A DNA stretch of 64,000 nucleotides, from positions 6,540,600-6,604,599 of the forward strand of contig NC_134036.1 in the NCBI RefSeq assembly GCF_964204645.1, in the 5' to 3' direction. The notes beneath the pieces are model-generated. The model saw only the letters and a program-made list of their open reading frames with translations, had not been told where the DNA came from and did not search any database. This document shows positions 52,784 through 64,000 of the stretch, in pieces (the stretch's first letter is position 1; each line of letters starts with the position of its first letter). Source of the DNA: Tubulanus polymorphus (Eukaryota; Animalia; Nemertea). The translations under genes and the position numbers were made by a program.

Positions 52784-53843
52784 TGTTGTGGGGGTCCTTT
52801 TCCCAGTGTTAGGGTGTCGTGTGTTGACCACCTGTGTTGTTTGCGTTTCACCAGCGTAGTTCCTTGGGGTTCTTCTCATAAAATAACTACAACTAGCTTT
52901 CTTCTACCGATCCAGATCTTTATTCTTTATACTCTCTTCTTAAAATCATTTTAGCACGTCCCCTCTAGTTCTAACCACTAGCTCAACCGACCTAGCTCTA
53001 CCGAACCAGCTTTTATCGACCAAACTCCATTAAAACCCTTCCCTTTTATACTTATTCTTCCTTCGCTCGTGACGTATATTTCCACACCGATTGGCATCAT
53101 AGCCTGTGACGTATTATCGTATTACTACAGTTCTACTGGCCATGTAAATCATTTCTACGTGTGTTATACGTCACGAGCGCTAAATTTATAACTCAACTTT
53201 CTAGAGCTCAAGGCTGCTGCTATAACAAGCTTTCCCACGTAAATACCTACGTCACTCTCACCTATCTTCTATGCTTCTCTCTTATGTGTGACGTAAGTAT
53301 TCACGTAGGTTGCCTGCTAACCGCAACTACTGCCTTGAACTCTGGCGTATTTTCCTGTTGTCTAAATAGGTAATTTATTACTCCAATACTACTCCCCTTT
53401 CCAGACGATTGGACCGCCAATCGCCAAAACAAAATACTGAGGCCCGTTTGCATTTCCAAAGATTTTTGTTCAAAGATTTTTTTTGTTAAAAGAGCCGCAT
53501 CCAGCAAAATTGCAAAATCAGTACCCCTTACTTTCATGAACAATTTTTTTTTTCTAACAACTTCTTTCACCTCTTGAACTTTACCGTAAGGTAATAAAAA
53601 ATGGTGCTTCATGATAAATGATATAACAATCTTGCAACTGATGCACGTAAATTTTCAACATCTGGATGGTAGAGAGAGAAAAGAAAACGCATTTATTTTT
53701 TTTTTCTTCTGACCAGCAACAATAACAGTACACCTGGCCAGAAAGTCACCCTTGATACTGAGTAAAATCCCCATCTCTTAGACATTTTACTTCCATCCGC
53801 CATATAGACTAAACCATCATCACCATCCGGATTAGCATTTACA

Positions 53844-55060
53844 ATGGACCCAATAGAGTTTTTCGGTAAGCAACTTATTTTAGATACTTTAAACTAACAC
53901 ACCAATCATTTTGTACAGTTTTATCTTTACATGCGATAATACATTATGCGCCACTCTTGCACTTTGTTATTTTAAACGGTCACATCGACCCTGATAAGAT
54001 CTATCAACCCATGCGTTACTTCTAAAAATGTGAACAATATAATATCAGAAAAACCTTGAATTTTAACAATATTAGTCATGTAACTATAATTATTAATCGT
54101 AAATACGTTAATTGCACCTCAGTCCATTCCATTACCGTTGTATTATAATATGCAACAATACTTTTATATACACTATTCTTTTTTCCATTGTATATGTTAA
54201 TCAGCATTACCAAGGTACTGTACGGCAACGTACTAATACTGTGCTTCAAAGCATGAAGTATATAAAATTAGAAACCTCAAAATTAAAAACATATATATCC
54301 CATTCTGTCATATTGTTTTTTTCATATCAGCCTCACTGGTCCTACACATGCTGTATGGCTTTATACTAGCGCAGCCCGGTAAGACTTTTTAATTCATTTT
54401 ATGTACTAAAAAAACAATTTATAATTGCTTTTCTAACATACTTTTGTAACGCAGGCGATCGACAGCAATTATTAGATATAATTCGGGCTGCCACTACTGA
54501 CTTACGCGCCGCTTTTTCAGGTATACATTCTATATATCTTTTTTTATAACTATAGTTCATACGTATTTATTTATTCATTTCTTATATCATTAGTTATATG
54601 TTCTAATTCTAATAATTATACAATCGCAACGCCACGAACACAATTCCACATGTTACCTGTACATACATTGTTCAATTACTTAGGGCTCTCAGTTCCATTC
54701 ACCCCTCCCCCAACACGAGGGCAAAATACGGCGCGGCAAAGGGGTACGGGAAGGGGGCAACCAAGCGGCGGCACCCTCCGCATGCACCTTTATTCCCGTC
54801 GCACTAACGCGCCCACACACCGGAGCGTGGACCCCTCACCCTCCGGTCTGGGGCCACAATCCCTACCCCATAACCGCATGTCCCCATCCCCCAGTACCTC
54901 TTCTCCCAATCATACTCTCTTCCTCGACCTCTCCCAGCACCCCCTCCTATCACTTGGTGTTCCCGATTCCCCTCCTGTACCTGATTCCCCTTTTTACCTG
55001 ATTCCCATTCCAGATATCCCATTCTTCACATCCCTGATACCCTGCCAGCCCTTCTGCTAG
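53844..55060 (+). CDS. Micro-exon antisense gene, subtype B duplicate
   Basis: Same exon structure as 44051-45268. Confidence 0.6.
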
Positions 55061-55425
55061 CAGCACCTCTAGTTCTAACCACTAGCTCAACCGACCTAGC
55101 TCTACCGACCCAGCTTTATCGACCACACTGCATTAAAACCCTCCCTTTTTATACTTATTCTTCCTTCGCTCGTTCCTTCGCTTATATTTCCACACCGCTT
55201 GGCATCATAGCCAGTCACGTATTACCATATTAATACAGTTCTACTGGCGTTGTAAATCATTTCTACGTGTGTTATACGTCACGAGCGCTAAACTTATGAC
55301 TCAACTTTCTAGAGCTCAAGGCTGCTGCTATAACAAGCTTTCCCACGTAGATACCTACGTCACTCTCACCTATCTTCTATGCTTCTATCTTATGTGTGAC
55401 GTAAGTATTCACGTAGGTTGCCTGC

Positions 55426-56703
55426 TGATCCGCAGCAAGATTCCGTAGTAACTAAAAAATGTTTGTAATGTTGGTTTTTGTTTGCGTTGGTGGTTTCTTT
55501 ATGGGTATCAGACAACAAACGATGTAGTATAAAATTGTGCAAGTTGTTGTTTGATGCTTTGATCTATCAGCGCTGACAATAAATCAGCCAGGTGCAAAAA
55601 TAATTCTTTCTCGGTTCTTGTGCTGCGATATCTGGCAAACATTCAGAATTATTTTTAAACTTAAGAATAGACGGAACTGTAATTGGTTGGGTCGGAACAA
55701 TGAGGTGCTTTGATAATGTGGTTTGTGCAGGGATCTCGCTGTTACTTCTTGATACTCCCGACTACTTTCTATAAAAGGAAGAACCGGAAGTATAGGAAGA
55801 CATTGTTGTTTTGCTTTATCCTGTATTATAATAGAATTAGTTAAATTATAAATGAAAATTGGTATAATAAGTATAGAATGATTTTAGATTTGATAATTAA
55901 TTACATTGTATTTCTGAATCAAAAGTTTACTATTGTTGATTGGAAAAAGAAACGATGAGTTGTTCCATAATCTAGGTGGAAACTAAGTTTTGAAAATATA
56001 TCTAAATTAAGTATCCTGGATGTTAATTAAGGACAAGACCTTTATAATCGCTTAAGTTTTATGGAAGTTTAATTGTGGCAAATATCAATACTAGCTCTCT
56101 AAGGTTTCTGTTGGTGTACATGTCTGTTGGTAACTCGTAGAGAATAGCTGCTCTCTCAACAATGATAAGCAAGGAGTGAGTAAATCAAAGCGCGTCATGA
56201 CAGGAGGGTTGAAAAGAAAAGTTACTTTGGCAAATCAGTTTCTCAAATAATTTTAGATTAGCGAATCATTAAGGCTAATTCTACATGTCCAAAACCGTCA
56301 TGACAGCTAGGTTGCTGCTCCTTGCCAAAAGTCGAACGGGAGAGTCGGCATTCTAGGAATGCCGATCTTTTCTATAAAAGAGGCCCGCAGTCTTGAGAAA
56401 ACAGACCTACCAGGGACGCTCGTTAAGATACTTGAGATTTGGGTTGAAATACCAGAATTAAGACGGGTTGCCAACAGTAGTGTACAATAGGAATTTAGAG
56501 TTAGGAATTGGACTGTGTGCTATCTGGAGATATTACTATTATCAAGGTAAATAAAATCTATTTTATTATTATTATATTCAATCAGAATTTCGGCATTTTA
56601 GTTTGATTATTTGGGTTTGTGCACGGACACGTTCTCTCGCCAGGGACCGATCTTTACGTTTTTATATTCAACGATTAAGGAGAGGATTGTGACCGGTCTA
56701 TCA
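55426..56703 (+). mobile_element. Solo LTR, family A, 1278 bp
   Basis: tgatcc...ctatca ends with TSD ctgc; empty site gttgcctgctaacc near 45626. Confidence 0.92.
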
Positions 56704-56756
56704 CTGCTAACCGCAACTACTGCCTTGAACTCCGGCTTATTTTCCCGTTGTCTAAA

Positions 56757-58955
56757 CAGTCTGCAAAGGGAGATGACTGAGGTACAGTACAATCAGTCTG
56801 TAAGGGAAGATGACTGATGATACAGTACAATCAGTCTGTAAGGGAAGATGACTGATGGTACAGTACAATCAGTCTGTAAGGGAAGATGACTGATGGTACA
56901 GTACAATCAGTCTGTAAGGGAAGATGACTGAGGGTACAGTACAATCAGTCTGCAAGGAGAGATGACTGAGGCTACAGTACAATCAGTCTGTAAGGGAAGA
57001 TGACTGATGGTACAGTACAATCAGTCTGTAAGGGAAGATGACTGATGGTACAGTACAATCAGTCTGTAAGGGAAGATGACTGATGGTACAGTACAATCAG
57101 TCTGTAAGGGAAGATGACTGAGGGTACAGTACAATCAGTCTGTAAGGGAAGATGACTGATGGTACAGTACAATCAGTCTGTGAGGGAAGATGACTGATGT
57201 ACAGTACAATCAGTCTGTAAGGGAAGATGACTGAGGGTACAGTCCAATAAGTCTGTAAGGGAAGATGACTGAGGGTACAGTACACTCAGTCTGTAAGGGT
57301 GATGACTGAGGTGAACTCAACCGTAGAGCAATAAAGCATAATGTCATCTTCATCAGCAATATCTCTGCTAAAAATATACCTATTTATATATAATAAATAC
57401 GATTCCAATCTTTAGTTAGTAAAACACACAAGTTCACATCTAAAGGATTCAGTATACACACAATTTTACATCTGAAGGATTCAGTATAACACACAATTTT
57501 ACATCTGAAGGATTTATCATGAATTCCGTAGAATTTTTCGGTAAGCAACAATATATATATATATATTTTTTTTTAAGTTCTATCTCTATACTTTTAACTT
57601 CTAAACTCTTTATTAATTACAATATGTATCTTGAATCAATTTTGTCTCTAATTCAGCGTATTTGGTATTAAACATGCTCTATGGCTTCATCGCCGCCCAG
57701 CCCAGTACAATCAGTCTGCAAAGGCAAGATGACTGAGGGTACAGTACAATCAGTCTGTAAGGAGAGATGACTGAGGGTACAGTACAATCAGTCTGCAATG
57801 GGAGATGACTGAGGGTACAGTACAATCAGTTTGTAAGGGGAGATGACTGAGGGTACAATACAATCAGTCTGCAAGGGGAGATGACTGAGGGTACAGTACA
57901 GTCTGCAAGGGGAGATGACTGATGGTACAGTACAGTCTGCAATGGGAGATGACTGAGGGTACAGTACAATCAGTTTGTAAGGGGCGATGACTGAGGGTAC
58001 AGTACAACCAGTCTGCAAGGGGAGATGACTGAGGGTACAGTACAATCAGTTTGTAAGGGGAGATGACTGAGGGTACAGTACAATCAGTCTGCAAGGGGAG
58101 ATGACTGAGGGTACAGTACAGTCTGCAAGGAGAGATGACTGAGGGTATTGTACAACCAGTCTGCAAGGGGAGATGACTAAGGGTACAGTACAATCAGTAT
58201 GCAAGGAGAGATAACTGAGGGTACGGTACAATCAGTCTGCAAGGTGAGATGACTGAGGGTACAGTACAATCAGTTTGTAAGAGGAGATGACTGAGGGTAC
58301 AGTGCGATCAGTCTGCAAGGAGAGGTGATTTAGGGTACAGTACAACCAGTCTGTAAGATGAGAGGACTGAGGGTACAGTACAATCAGTCTGCAAGGAGAG
58401 AGGACTGAGGGTACAGTACAGTCAGTATGCAAGGAGAGATGACTGAGGGTACAGTACAATCAGTTTGTAAGAGGAGATGACTGAGGGTACAGTACGATCA
58501 GTCTGCAAGGGGAAATGACTGAGGGTACAGCACAATCAGTAAGCAAGGAGAGATGACTGAGGGTACAGTACAATCAGTATGCAAGGAGAGATGACTGAGG
58601 GTACAGTACAATCAGTTTGTAAGAGGAGATGACTGAGGGTACAGTACGATCAGTCTGCAAGGGGAGATGACTGAGGGTACAGTACGATCAGTCTGCAAGG
58701 GGAGATGACTGAGGGTACAGCACAATCAGTAAGCAAGGAGAGATGACTGAGGGTACAGTACAATCAGTATGCAAGGAGAGATGACTGAGGGTACAGTACA
58801 ATCAGTTTGTAAGAGGAGATGACTGAGGGTACAGTACGATCAGTCTGCAAGGGGAGATGACTGAGGGTACAGCACAATCAGTAAGCAAGGAGAGATGACT
58901 GAGGGTACAGTACGATCAGTCTGCAAGGAGAGGTGATTGAGGGTACAGTACAATC
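56757..58955. repeat. 38-bp minisatellite arrays flanking an embedded gene fragment (~57311-57703)
   Basis: Same unit. Confidence 0.95.
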
Positions 58956-59057
58956 GATTGGGAGGTGATATTCAGGACCTTGTTTGGAGAGTTTTGTTAC
59001 CAACAGGAGTGTAGGTTAGGGATCGTTTAAAGAGTTAGGATCTGGATTTTATATTCT

Positions 59058-59060
<3 letters not shown>

Positions 59061-59115
<55 letters not shown>
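59061..59115. repeat. (TA)n microsatellite
   Basis: Direct reading. Confidence 0.98.
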
Positions 59116-59119
<4 letters not shown>

Positions 59120-60271
59120 CTTATTTGGTAATCTTTTGGGTAGTTTCAGAAATTTTGGGGAAAATCTTAGTTATTGATTATTGATGTTTAGGCATTATCT
59201 GGTGATCATTTGGTCTATTGGCAATGGACTGTTGTTAGCTAAATTTGATATGTTATATTTTATATTTTCAATGGGACTATTTTCCTTGGAACTATTTCGG
59301 GGCAGATCTGAGCTGGGTTTTAGAAGAGAAGGAAGCCAACAAGGTTTATTCCTAAAACACTATTTTTTCCGACTAGGAATAATAGGACTTATTATCAATT
59401 TTAACCCAGTATTAAGTATTTATCCTCCACGGATTTATGCTAAGTTGGAGGAATGGAATAATTAGTGCTGTCGGAGTACAGATAATTTAGTGATTTATAT
59501 TTTTTCTCCACTCCTGGAACCAAGAGATTTGTCAGAACTTGTATTATGCTGGATCACAGTTGAAGTAAAACTTTTGGTGTATACTGTACTTTCTTTCAAA
59601 TAGAAAAGTTCTCTATTTGTATATCATCAGTGGAAAGAACATAGTTTCCATTTCTTTTTAATGAATCGAATTTACGATAACTGGTGGTATTCGATTGCTA
59701 CTCGTCATAGAATATCTACAACAGAATATCTACAACATTCGATGGATGGACCATTGATTTTTCAAACACGTTGACGACAGTAGTCGCGGTGTTATTGCGT
59801 GTGACCAATAGAAATCTGGACGTTTCTAATATTTTCTCCGTTTCGCGGGAACTTTTTTCCTAATTTTGCGTAAGACGTTGGTGATTTCTACGAGACTACA
59901 TTTCTACATTTCCACACAGTTTTTCGACTACGGGACTGAATAAATTAATGATTATTTGTAATACACAAAACCAGATACGCAGAATAGATAAGTATTGTTA
60001 TCATTTTTTTGGTTTCATTGAATCTTGGTTAGGTTATGGTTGGGTAGTGTTTTTTTTTAAATTTTGGTTTGTCAGTCTAAAGCAAAATTTGAATGATATC
60101 TGCTATAGATTATTATAGTTATACGAGAATTTCTTTTATTTCTAAATTGTATAATCATTTCATTGTTTGATTTTGATTTAGTTGGTTTGACGTAGTTAAC
60201 GAGGATTCAAATTTCTTTTGTTCCCAAGGCGCACGTTGGCCAATAACATTCCGGCACGTTGGCCAATAACA

Positions 60272-60397
60272 TGTGGTCACTGTGGGGCAACGATTTATAA
60301 AACGCACGCGCTTGCTCCAGTTCCCAAGTCTAATTGGGAAATACCGGCTCAGTTAAGGGAGTGTCGGTGGGATTCGAACCCACCAAGTACCAAGTGA
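60272..60397 (+). pseudogene. Fragment of the CxxCG/WDSNPP ORF family
   Basis: CGHCGATIYKTHALAPVPKSNWEIPAQLRECRWDSNPPSTK, homologous to ~39190-39310. Confidence 0.65.
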
Positions 60398-61393
60398 TAG
60401 TTAATCAAATAATGATATAAATATTAATAACGTCCGGGAAACAAAAACAAACAAATAAAAATAATGATTTAATGGGAACAGTTGGGTTTAACGAAGAAGA
60501 CAAGAAATGTAAATATCTTAGTCTAAGGGAATAGTTCAGAAAACATGATTCAGAAACTTGGTATGTAGTGTTGGTGGTTGGGAATATATTTCTAGTCGGA
60601 GAGTGGTTGATGGAGGCTGCAGATTATGTAGAAACCATACTAAATTTGGTAGAGAGAGATCACGTGGTTGAAACTTGGTAGAGGGAGAGAGTAGTTGGGG
60701 AAACAAGTAGAGAGGGAGAGAGTTCGAATTTTGGCAGCCACCAGTACAGTTGTCAGTAGATCCTACGAGATTGCCTGGTCGTTAGTTTAATTTTTGGAGA
60801 AGTCATCTTAAGAGGCAATCGATCACAAGGATACTACCACCCAACGACAAATGAAATGTCGTTCATCGATAATTCCATAGCTTCCAGGCGTCTGTTATAC
60901 GAAATAACTTGGTAGGGGGGAGGAAACGACGCGACACCCGCAATTCCAGACGGTTGTGTGAATAGATTCGATGAAGAGATGGCCTCAAGACGCGTGCAAA
61001 GTAACGATTTGAAAATATCAAAATAAAATCTATGTTATAATTCTGCCGGGACCTGTAGATGGTGCATGTTTGATTGCAAATTGCGGGAAATTGAGTACGT
61101 TTGTCGTTGCCTAATGTTTTGTGAGACATCGAGGAGTGATGTGCGTTGCAATCCCACTGATCGCAACCATGATTATCCTACCCGAATACCCTCCAGTCAA
61201 GAAAGTGCAGGGTAAAGAATAAAACTCTACTCAGCAAATACAACATTAAAAGTAGAAAACGGTCAAAACGCTCGTAGCGATCTGTGCAACCTTAACGATA
61301 AACTGGAAGAATAAAAGTATTCTGGGAAATAGTACTAAATCATAATTTTGACACCAGTGATATGTAGTGGGGTGAGTGGCTAGTAAAAGCTTG

Positions 61394-61628
61394 TAATCCC
61401 TTCGTTTCACCTCATCTCATTTCATCCCTCTGTGCGTTTCATACAACCGCCGGCCAGTGGTTGCCGTTAAAAAATAAACCACCACTGAGCGGTGGTTTCT
61501 CGCATCCCAGCGGCTCTTTTTAAGAGCCAAAACCCTTGCATCCACGCTCAATCTCATTCACACACTTATGCCAAGCAGTACGTCGTTGCGACTTAAACTG
61601 GATCTAAGATCCCAGGCTAGTTATCATT
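61394..61628 (+). mobile_element. SINE-like interspersed repeat (second copy ~62525-62745)
   Basis: Shared atccctt...ctcatctcatttcatccctc, ccactgagcggt and agatc(c/t)caggctagttatcatt tail. Confidence 0.55.
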
Positions 61629-64000
61629 GGAGGAGAACCCGGGCATGCGTAGGTCGTATCAAAAATGATCCTCGAGCGGACTCTCAACAATGAAAAGCCT
61701 GTAAACAGATACATGTAAATTATCAATACAAGTGATGAGACATATGTCATAAGTGAAACTTCATTAATATTATTCGAGGGATTGGGGCACGCCGTAGGTC
61801 CGTTGCAACCCTCTATTGGCTCGACCCGTGGCCGTTTTCCGTCTGTCTGGGGTTGGAGTACCCCTGAGTACATTGGAATTTCAAACACTAGGAGCCTCAG
61901 ACCTCTTCAGATGTGAGGGCAAGGGTAGACAAATTTGCCCCACTGCTAGATCAATGAGGGCACGTTCAGTTTCCACATGTGCTAGCGCCCTGTTCTTCAA
62001 CGAACATGAGAAAATAATAAGATTTTGTGACATAGATACCAGGTATCCGGCCTCTACGAAGGATCGATCGACCTAGGTTTTAACGGACGATACGTGGCCA
62101 GTGGGCGCGAGTCGTCTTGGTCGATGTCGTGCCCTGGTGCGCCGACCAAAGCCATTGCCGCATGTAATATGTGCATCATACAGCTACCGTATGTATATAT
62201 ATATATACATATATATATATACATATATATATATACATATAATCTGCAGCATTCTTTATAGTATCTTAAATTTTGGACAAAAAAAATCAAGATTCTTTTT
62301 TTTCGTGAAGAGGGGAACATGTGACAACGCGGTCATCGTCACATAATATTTAATGATACATATAAAAAAACTAGATATATCATCGTGGTGTGAATTCACT
62401 AAAAATCAAATATTTTAGATATTCTGTCAAAAACTATTAACTTCCCTATCATAAATTATGTTCAACAAAAATATAAAGCTCTTAAATATTACTAACTTCC
62501 TGGTCATAAATCAGCTCACATATTATCCCTTCATTTCACTCTCATCTCATTTCATCCCTCAGTATATTCCCTAGATAAAAACAGATCGCCACTGAGCGGT
62601 AGTTTCTCACATTGCATCGGCTCACACCCTCATACGTGTATCTCATCCACGCAACGGAATAGGAATAAATACATAATAATATGATATTATGTCGTTTGTG
62701 ATTTGAACTAGTAGATCTCAGGCTAGTTATCATTATTTATTATCATTAGCATTATTAGCTGGAAGAAACGACTGTAGAATGTACTCCGTCGACGAAAATC
62801 GTGCCTACATGAATAAATCTATCTACCTCCTACGATAAACAATATATACGGACGTTTTTATTGTAACCAGTTGTCTTCAATGAATCATCCATACCGCCTA
62901 ATCGTTTAGACATTCCCGAACATATATTAAAGCCGTACATATAGAAAGTTAATGGTGAATAATAGTTCAGCAATACCCTTCTAACTACCGATAAACGCAC
63001 GTCAATTTTTCTGACAACTACGTTACGCTTATGCAAATATTCTCTCATATTGTCAAGTCCACCGTTACGCTGCTACGGCAATATCCTTGAATTTGGAATA
63101 AGCTTTTTTACCCGAAATTCTTATCATGATTTATAGAGCAGAATATGTACAAAATACACGAATAGCTCGACAAACTAGTGGAAATATAACCATTGTTAAG
63201 GCACAGCTAAGTAATTACATGTATCATGCACCTGTCACCGCACACCCCCCCCCCCCCCTGCTTTCGCAAAAATATACAAAAACTAAAGAACCGCCAACAT
63301 CCTAACGATAACGTAAGCATGGCCGGTTTGAACGAAAAAAAAGCGCTGGGCCACGCTCAGGATTTCCACGCATCGCGACAGCGATAAAAAAATTGTGCAA
63401 GCCATTTTCAGTCGAAAGTCCGAATGCATTTGCGGCCACGCAATACACGGCCCAGTCGATTGCACTCATGCAGGGATGCAAGCACCGCTTCACGGCACCG
63501 TTCAACCGAAGACGATAACAATTAACAGATAATCACATACTAATATAACGAAATATGAAATCCGGGAAGATTCCTAAAACCGATAATTTATTAATACAAC
63601 GTTTCGCCTCTAACCAAATATAATATAGTCGTCTCCAGGAATATTGTATTACAATCGTTGATGTAGCCAAATACTGAAAGGTGGCGATACTTTCGCGGAA
63701 GGAAAAATGATTCAAAAATTTCGAAAGTTAAGTATTACCAGCATTCCTGAAGATGATATTAGGTTATAGTCGAAGCATTGAATAGATATCAATTATCCGT
63801 TGTAAGGAAACCTCAAGGACTTTCATCTTTCAGCATCAGTGTCGGATTCGCTATTTATGCCCACAACACGTTGTATACAACGATTCAAAACCGATCCGTT
63901 AAAAAAAAGTAACACGACTGTGGAGTATAACAGATGCGGGCCAACAGCCGCCTGCGGGACCTGACGATCCGGCTGTAGAACACATGGCATGGGTTGAACG

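Larger units (their letters stand above)
52784..56756 (-). mobile_element. Family B LTR element with a nested solo LTR-A
   Basis: Duplicate of 42993-45703. Confidence 0.8.
39626..60262. repeat. ~10 kb tandem duplication (unit 1 39626-49410, unit 2 49413-60262)
   Basis: Collinear near-identical content; the units differ by independent solo-LTR insertions and indels. Confidence 0.9.

Noticed and set aside
32191-58955. CRISPR-like appearance of the 38-bp hairpin repeats
   Set aside because: Units are head-to-tail with no unique spacers, there are no cas genes, and the context is eukaryotic.
60723-60743. Minus-strand PBS-like tggtggctgcc
   Set aside because: No adjacent LTR end could be identified.
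61604-62346. GC-richer ORF fragments with possible splice sites
   Set aside because: Stops in all frames and no recognisable domain.

Overview
Eukaryotic (invertebrate animal, lophotrochozoan-like) genomic DNA, not prokaryotic. Left part (1-27.4 kb): a GPCR-rich segment. It holds two near-identical intronless class A GPCRs inside a >=4.2 kb duplication (1-4245 / 23094-27385), a GPCR pseudogene, a decayed intron-containing DDE integrase facing a decayed HECT ligase (probable two-gene DNA transposon), several MITEs, and a 3-exon ~1936-aa CUB/C-type-lectin/LDLa/LRR GPCR (GRL101-like). Right part (27.4-60.4 kb): a nest of LTR-element pieces from at least four LTR families (my labels A, B, C, E), a 38-bp hairpin minisatellite, an intact Kolobok-type transposon and a ~10 kb tandem duplication. 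Main discovery: minus-strand LTR elements carry, next to their polypurine tract, an antisense 4-exon gene with fixed 22/48/66-nt micro-exons. It occurs in 8 whole or partial copies from 3 diverged subtypes, is conserved at protein level, and is missed by the ORF track. It looks like a spliced antisense accessory gene of a retroelement. A second LTR family has small CxxCG/WDSNPP-repeat ORFs directly after a tRNA-Phe PBS. All calls come from manual reading; no database searches were run.
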